The notes below the pieces were generated by a model. The model saw only the letters and a program-made list of their open reading frames with translations. It did not search any database and was not told the origin of the DNA. A program made the translations under genes and the position numbers. This document shows, piece after piece, positions 58,706 to 64,000 of a stretch of 64,000 nucleotides of DNA (positions within the stretch are counted from its first letter, which is position 1; the number at the start of each line of letters is the position of its first letter). Source of the stretch: Cyanophora paradoxa CCMP329. Taxonomy: Eukaryota > Plantae > Glaucophyta. The stretch spans positions 78,028 through 142,027 of the forward strand of contig QPMI01000230.1 of NCBI GenBank assembly GCA_004431415.1, written 5' to 3'.

Positions 58706-60434
58706 TTTTTTTTTTGCAAAAGCCCAACCGGGCAATGGTCGTATTAAAATGACAACAACAGCCGCCCCGTCGGCTTCGTCGAACTGGGGGGGCACCTTAT
58801 CTTGCTCTAAGGCTCTGCTACCATGCTACCACAACTTAGCTAGCAACGTGTTGAGCTGGAGCGGGGAGGTCCTAAGGGTGCTGTCGTCCGTGGCCCTGTG
58901 GGGGGGAGGGGGGAGGGGGGGAGGGCACTTCCGGGGGAAGGGGCGGGGCGCCGGAGCCGGAGGCGGGGGCGGGGCGCTGGAGCCGGAGGGCGGGGGCGGG
59001 GCGCTGGAGCCGGAGGGCGGGGGCGGGGCGCTGGGGCCGGAGGCGGGGGTGGGGCGCTGGAGCCGGGGGCGGGGGCGGGCGCTGGAGCCGGGGGCGGGGG
59101 CGGGGCGCTGGAGCCGGAGTCGGGGGCGGGCGCTGGAGCCGGAGGGCGGGGCGGGGCGCTGGAGCCGGAGGCGGGGGTGGGGCGCTGGAGCCGGGGGCGG
59201 GGCGGGGCGCTGGAGCCGGAGGCGGGGGCGGGGCGCTGGAGCCGGAGGCGGGGCGGGGCGCTTGAGCCGGAGGGCGGGGGTGGGGTGTTGGAGGGCGGCC
59301 GGGGCGGGGCGCTGGAGGGCGGCCGGGGCGGGGCGCTTGAGCTGGGGGCGGGGGTGGGGCGCTGGAGCCGGGGGCGGGGCGGGGCGCTGGAGCCGGGGGC
59401 GGGGTGGGGTGCTGGAGCCGGGGGGCGGGGGCGGGGCGCTGGAGCCGGAGGCGGAGGCGGGGCGCTGGAGCCGGAGGGTGGGGGTGGGGCGCTGGAGCCG
59501 GAGGCGGAGGCCGGCGTGGAAGCCGGGTCCGGGCGAGCCTCGTCTGGCTCGGACTGCGGACGGGGTGGGGGCGCCCGAGCGTACACGTTCCTGTACCGAC
59601 CTCGGGGAGGAGGAGTCCGGGTGGGCGCCCTTTGGGCCCAGGCCGGGGGAGAGGGGGCGGGGGCGTGGGCCCGCGGGGCCTGGGCTCTGGGCGGGGGAGG
59701 AACCGGCGCGGGGCGCTAGGGAGTAGGACGTGGGCGCACCCAGCAGTCCTTGCGCAGTCGTACATCGGACGGCGCCGACGGCCCCGTCGCGCGGCGAGCT
59801 GGTCGAGATCTGCAGGCGCGCGAGCACGTGCTGTAAGGATGGGGCGGCGCGCGCGGCGCCTGTAGCATGGCGGCGGCGTTCGAGGGGCAGCGGCGGCGGC
59901 GCGCGACGGCGGGAGCGTCAGTTTAGAGAGCTGGTGGTCATCGGATATCGGCTATGCGGCGGGTGGCGTGTAAGTGGCCGGGACGGGCCGTGGCGCATGC
60001 ACGGCAATGGCGGGAATCCGGGCGAGGTCTAGGCGGCCGACCGGCGCCGTTTGCGCGTTCTAGAACTGCAGTATTATACCGGGAGCGGCAGCGTGCTATC
60101 TGTACTTCCCGCGCGGGGTGCCGGCGAGGTCCTCGACATTCAAAAAGTGGCTCGGTGATGACGGCGGGGCTCCACGACGCTCCGGGGGCGGGCTGCCGGC
60201 TTCGGCGGTTGTACTGGACGGTGATGTGCTCGTGTCGCCTGGTGGGCTGCGCCCGGCTGGCCTAACTAGCGTTGTCGGTCCACGGGGGTCGGGTGGAGCT
60301 GGCGCGCGACTTTCCGAGCAGCTTGACACGCGGCGTTATCAGGCACCCACGGGTGGGAAGCCTGGCCCGCCGCGCTGCCGTAATCGTCGCGCTACCGCAA
60401 ATTTTCCGTACCCCCCGCTCCCCAAACTTGTATC
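58706..60434 (-). mobile_element. Non-autonomous non-LTR retroposon (about 1.73 kb) with poly(A) tail, 14-nt TSD and internal VNTR
   Basis: AGCTATAGGTAGAT at 58692-58705 and 60435-60448 flanks the segment. A T11 run (58705-58715) abuts the left copy and reads as poly(A) on the minus strand. No RT or endonuclease motif was recognised. Confidence 0.85.
58944..59526. repeat. GC-rich minisatellite (VNTR), about 22-23 units of 24-27 nt
   Basis: Consensus GGGGCGCTGGAGCCGG(A/G)GGCGGGG(G)(C/T) repeated head-to-tail without unique spacers. Confidence 0.95.
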
Positions 60435-60792
60435 AGCTATAGGTAGATATGCATATGTCAGAGACGCATAAGGTTCCGATCCAAGCGGGGAGCGCCGGGG
60501 TCCGAGGTCCGAGGGGCGGGGAGCGTCGTCTGATCGAGAGTCCAGGGTAGTATGTCGCCGAATTCAAAAGAAACGCTGTTCGATTTATTACATGCACTGC
60601 ACTGTACTGATTTATTACATGCACTATGATTTTTGATAACATTGCAATCTGCACTGACTGCATTATTACCTAACTTTATGGCCATAGAATCGAAGAACGA
60701 AAGCGAAAGCAAACACTTAAACGAAATCGAAATAGAAATCTCCAGCAGCAATTTATTACTATAATAATGCGGTCGACGCCGAACGCGATCGC

Positions 60793-63608
60793 CTAGAGCG
60801 CGGCGAGGAGCGCGGCCGCCGCGGCGCTGAGCAGGAGGCCGAGGAGGCCCTACGGCAAAGCTGACTCAGCCCGGCGCGGGCGGCCGGGCGGGCGGCGGGG
60901 CGGGGCGGGGGCGCGCACGGCGGGGGCGGGGGCGGAGGCGGAGACCCAGTAGGTCTTGTCGGGGACGACGTTGTTCGTCACGGGGCTGAACCTGAAGGCC
61001 TGCGTGCGCGGGGGGCGACGGTGAGACCGGGCGGCCGGCGGGGCGGCCGCTGGAGGGGTCCGACGTCGCGCGCGCTCACGTTGCGCAAGATGATCGCGGC
61101 GAAGCCTTCGGGCTCGAGGCGAAGGTTGTACTGTTGAGCGCGTGGCGATCAGCACAGGCGCCTTGCAGGCCCGAGGCGCATACCGGGGTGTTGGGGAGGA
61201 AAAGAAGGTGGCGGCGCGGCAGCACGGGCGGCGCTGCAGCGCGTCGTTGGTGTGTGTGTGTGTGGTGGTGGTGGTGGTGGTGGTGGTGGTGGTGGTGGGG
61301 GGGGGGGGGGGGGGGGGGGGGGGGAAGGTCTGCGCACTGAAGCGGAGCTCGACATCGTTGCCGACCTTCACGAGCGTGACGCCGGTGGCGGGCAACTTGG
61401 TGCCGGCGTTGTCTGCGACAAACACCATGACCCTCTGGGTCTCCTGCGGACGAGCGGTGAGTGAGAAGAGCGGTGAGACGAGCGGTTGTGATCACTCAGC
61501 GAGAAGGAAGCGCACAGTCAACAGGCCCGTGACCTTGAGGGTCAGGGGAGTCGTCCCGTTCTGCGAGGGTGCCCCGTGGGGTCGGCGGCTGCGTGCGGCC
61601 GTGCGGGGCCGCCGTGAGGATTGCCGCGCACCAGCCCGCCCGAAAGGACCTCCTTCACCTCGAGGGCGTAGACCTTCTGCCCCGGGTTCGAGGGATCCTG
61701 CGCTCGCGCACGTCACGCCGCGCGCCTCGGAGCGGCCGGGCGGGAAGCACATCGATCTCCGTGAAGGACGACACGTTGAACTGCGGGGGGCGTCAGCAGA
61801 GCGTTGCAGCCCCGCGCGGCGATCCCGTCCCGCCCGCACCACGGTGCCGCCGATGGTGATGGGCTTGGACGGGTCCGCGAAAACAGCCTGTGCGGGCGTC
61901 GGACAAGGCTGCCTGGAGAGCGGGACGGGGTCCGGAGCGGACCAGGGCGGGGAGGGGCGTCGGGGTGGGCGTCGGCACGGCGGAGGGCGTAGGCGAGGAA
62001 GAGGGCGTGGGCGAGGGCGTGGGCGTCTCGCTGCGACGGCGAACGTCAAGAGGGGCAGGGAGAGAGAGGGGCCCCGGAGCTGCGCGGGGGGGCAGACCTC
62101 GGGGTAGGGGAGGGGGACGGCGTCGAGCTGCGCCGCAGGTGAGCCTTGAGGCGGCGAGAGGGGGAGAGGGGGCGGGTTGGGCGATAGGTGACGGCGTGTG
62201 GAGGCAAGGCTCGAACCTGGGGGAAGGGGAAGGGGAAGGGGACGGGGACGGGGACGGGGACGGCGACGGGGAGGGAGTTACGGCGCAGGTGGCTGCGCGA
62301 CAAGAAGTCAGAGACGGGCGAGGCGGCGAGAGAGCGCCGGCGCACAAACAGTGGCAGTCGCGTTCATGCCGGTGCCGCTGGTGTCACTGCTGGAGGCGAA
62401 GACGACGAGCATCTCGCTGCCGGAGGTCGTATTGTACGTGCCGGTCGCGTTGTTGGTTAGCACGGCAAGCTTGGAGACCGATGAGCTCTGCGCAAGGCGA
62501 GCCGCTGCGTTGAACTCGTAGACCTGCGCACGCCCTCACATCCGAAGTTTTGAAAAACGCATCAATGAATGAACAGCTTACCCAAATTCTGTCCTTGTTC
62601 TCATCAAGCCCTAGACCGGAGATGGCGAGGGAGAGCCGGCTCCCGGCGATGCAGGCCGTAGACGGATCCACCTTCACGTGCCTGTTTTCTCGCGCGCGTT
62701 ACAGATGCTCCAACTTCGTTCGCTCACAATGGGACGGAGTCGACGGACCAGATGCGAAGCCAGTCGGCGTCATATTGAGCGGGGAGGTTGAGCGGCGCCT
62801 GCACGCCGGGCGAGACCGTGACCACAGAGGAGTTGAACTTCACAGGGTAGCTGCCAGACACGAGCTCCGTGGCATTGCTGGCGGCCACTGCGGTGCGCGG
62901 GCGTTCGTGTTTGTAGACTTCGTTCAGGATAGCGTCAGATTGCACCAGTTGAGGGGACGCTCTTGTACGTCGCGTTGAACTCGACCGGGAAAGGCGAGAA
63001 GGGATCGCTGCCAGGTGTGGACGCAAGCAGAAGCAGCGTGTCGGACGAGGTCGTGTACGTTTTCGGGGTCGAGTCGATCCAGGGCGCCAGAAGAGCCGGG
63101 GGCGAGGCGCCGAGGTCGATCACCTGCCGCGCGCACTCATTTCAGTGCGGGCGTACCGGCTTGCTTCAGTGCGGGCATCATACCCGCATTAAATAGCCTG
63201 TACTCGATTCGACAAATGAGTTGAATGTTAGCTGCACGCGCTCCCCTTTCGGCGCTGTAATCGTCCTGGGGGCGTGACGTCAGCTAACTTCACTAAGCGG
63301 CTTCGGTCACCATAGCGCGGCTTCACTAAAGGTCCTTCTAACGGCGAATGCCTCGCCCGGCGGCCGGCTTACTGTACATGTCTAACTTCGCCGGCCGGCC
63401 GCGGCGAGATTCTCGCGGATTAGCCTAGGACGAACCAAACGGCGATGTCGTCATTCGTCGTTGTGTTGACAACAGTGATATTGACTATGAGAGATGTCGC
63501 GGTCGAAGACGCGACGTAGTCGCCGGGCGAGGCGCCTCCGTTATTCGTGATGGCTGCTGAGGCCGCAGTGAGGACTAGGGCGACGAGAAGCGCCCGCAGC
63601 GCAGCCAT
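60793..63608 (-). CDS. Secreted, probably GPI-anchored surface protein with an N-terminal Cys-less CUB-like domain and P/S/T linkers
   Basis: Signal MAALRALLVALVLTAASA; W|TITAPKGERVQLTFNSF...EFNATY (CUB-like); TPSPSPSPSP linkers; hydrophobic C-terminus GLLGLLLSAAAAALLAAL* with no cytosolic tail. Confidence 0.75.
61250..61324. repeat. Compound intronic microsatellite (GT)n-(GGT)n-poly(G)
   Basis: Directly visible. It lies inside a minus-strand GTGCGC...CTGCAG intron of the CUB-like gene. Confidence 0.9.
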
Positions 63609-63722
63609 GTTGGTAGCTCTCCCGCTGCTGCTGCTGCTGAGCTGACGGAGTGCAAATGCTGAGCTGTCCTCGAGCTCGTTGAAATGCGAACCCTCCTTGG
63701 CCAATCAGGGTCGACGTCAACC

Positions 63723-64000
63723 TGTAACGTAGGGGTACCCCCAGGTCTGAGCTGCCTCCTATACAAATGAATTCGCACACACCAAGACAAATGGCTAGGG
63801 ATATGACTGCAGTGTCCATCTGTGTCAAGTCGAGAGATGAGCCTACGGGAACAAGCCTTTCGGACATCGGACCGGGTGGAGCTATTGTACTGGAGAAAGG
63901 GGCCTATACCTGCCTAGAAGCACTGCCTACACCTGCCTAGAGAGCCGAAGCAGAGCAGAGCTACTATAACCCCCCTCAGGACAAGGGCGCCTACAGAGAG
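63723..64000. mobile_element. Possible start of an LTR (truncated by the window end)
   Basis: Begins TGTAACG where composition shifts to near-balanced GC; contains internal short repeats (ACCTGCCTAGA x2) and a TATAA near 63965. No second LTR or PBS is visible. Confidence 0.4.

Noticed and set aside
58944-59526. VNTR as a CRISPR array or a collagen/extensin gene
   Set aside because: There are no unique spacers and no cas genes. Unit length varies from 24 to 27 nt so no frame is maintained, although homopolymer errors could contribute.
60304-60345. Hammerhead ribozyme in the retroposon head (minus strand CTGATAA...GAAA)
   Set aside because: The core is CUGAUAA rather than CUGANGA, there is no proper stem II, and there is no NUH after the stem III partner. 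An HDV-like fold also could not be fitted.
1-64000. Hundreds of long overlapping Pro/Arg/Gly/Ala-rich ORFs in the six-frame track
   Set aside because: These are expected from stop-codon scarcity at very high GC. Recognisable proteins appear only after removing short introns.

Overview
This is gene-dense, very GC-rich eukaryotic nuclear DNA. Genes are split by many short introns (mostly about 45-100 nt), so the long Pro/Arg/Gly/Ala ORFs in the supplied track are largely artefacts. Manual splicing gives about 22 protein genes: an MFS transporter, a coiled-coil/C1q-like protein, four F-box genes in two inverted paralog pairs, a PX-like/F-box/LysM protein, a DHHC S-acyltransferase, a PTEN-like phosphatase, a secreted PSI-peroxidase-DUF4189-like fusion, RCL1, YJU2, a DDHD phospholipase, V-ATPase subunit c, leishmanolysin, a BTB-CaaX protein, a Ctr copper transporter, a probably plastid-targeted MgtE, a CUB-like GPI protein and three unknowns. 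The Phe-containing transit peptide, TGTAA 3' signals and intron style suggest an archaeplastid alga, most plausibly a Cyanophora-like glaucophyte (inference only). The main novelty candidates are: (1) a 1.73-kb non-autonomous poly(A) retroposon with a 14-nt target-site duplication, a structured 5' end and an internal GC-rich VNTR, i.e. an SVA-like layout; (2) the secreted heme peroxidase fused to a bacterial-type six-Cys DUF4189-like domain; (3) a deviant splice code with many GC-AG introns, GYNCSC donors, little or no polypyrimidine tract and some complementary intron ends; (4) very short bidirectional promoters sharing a GTGTACCCG-type motif; (5) intergenic DNA rich in short palindromes and 11-18-nt duplications. 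Exon boundaries and domain calls were made by eye, with no database searches.
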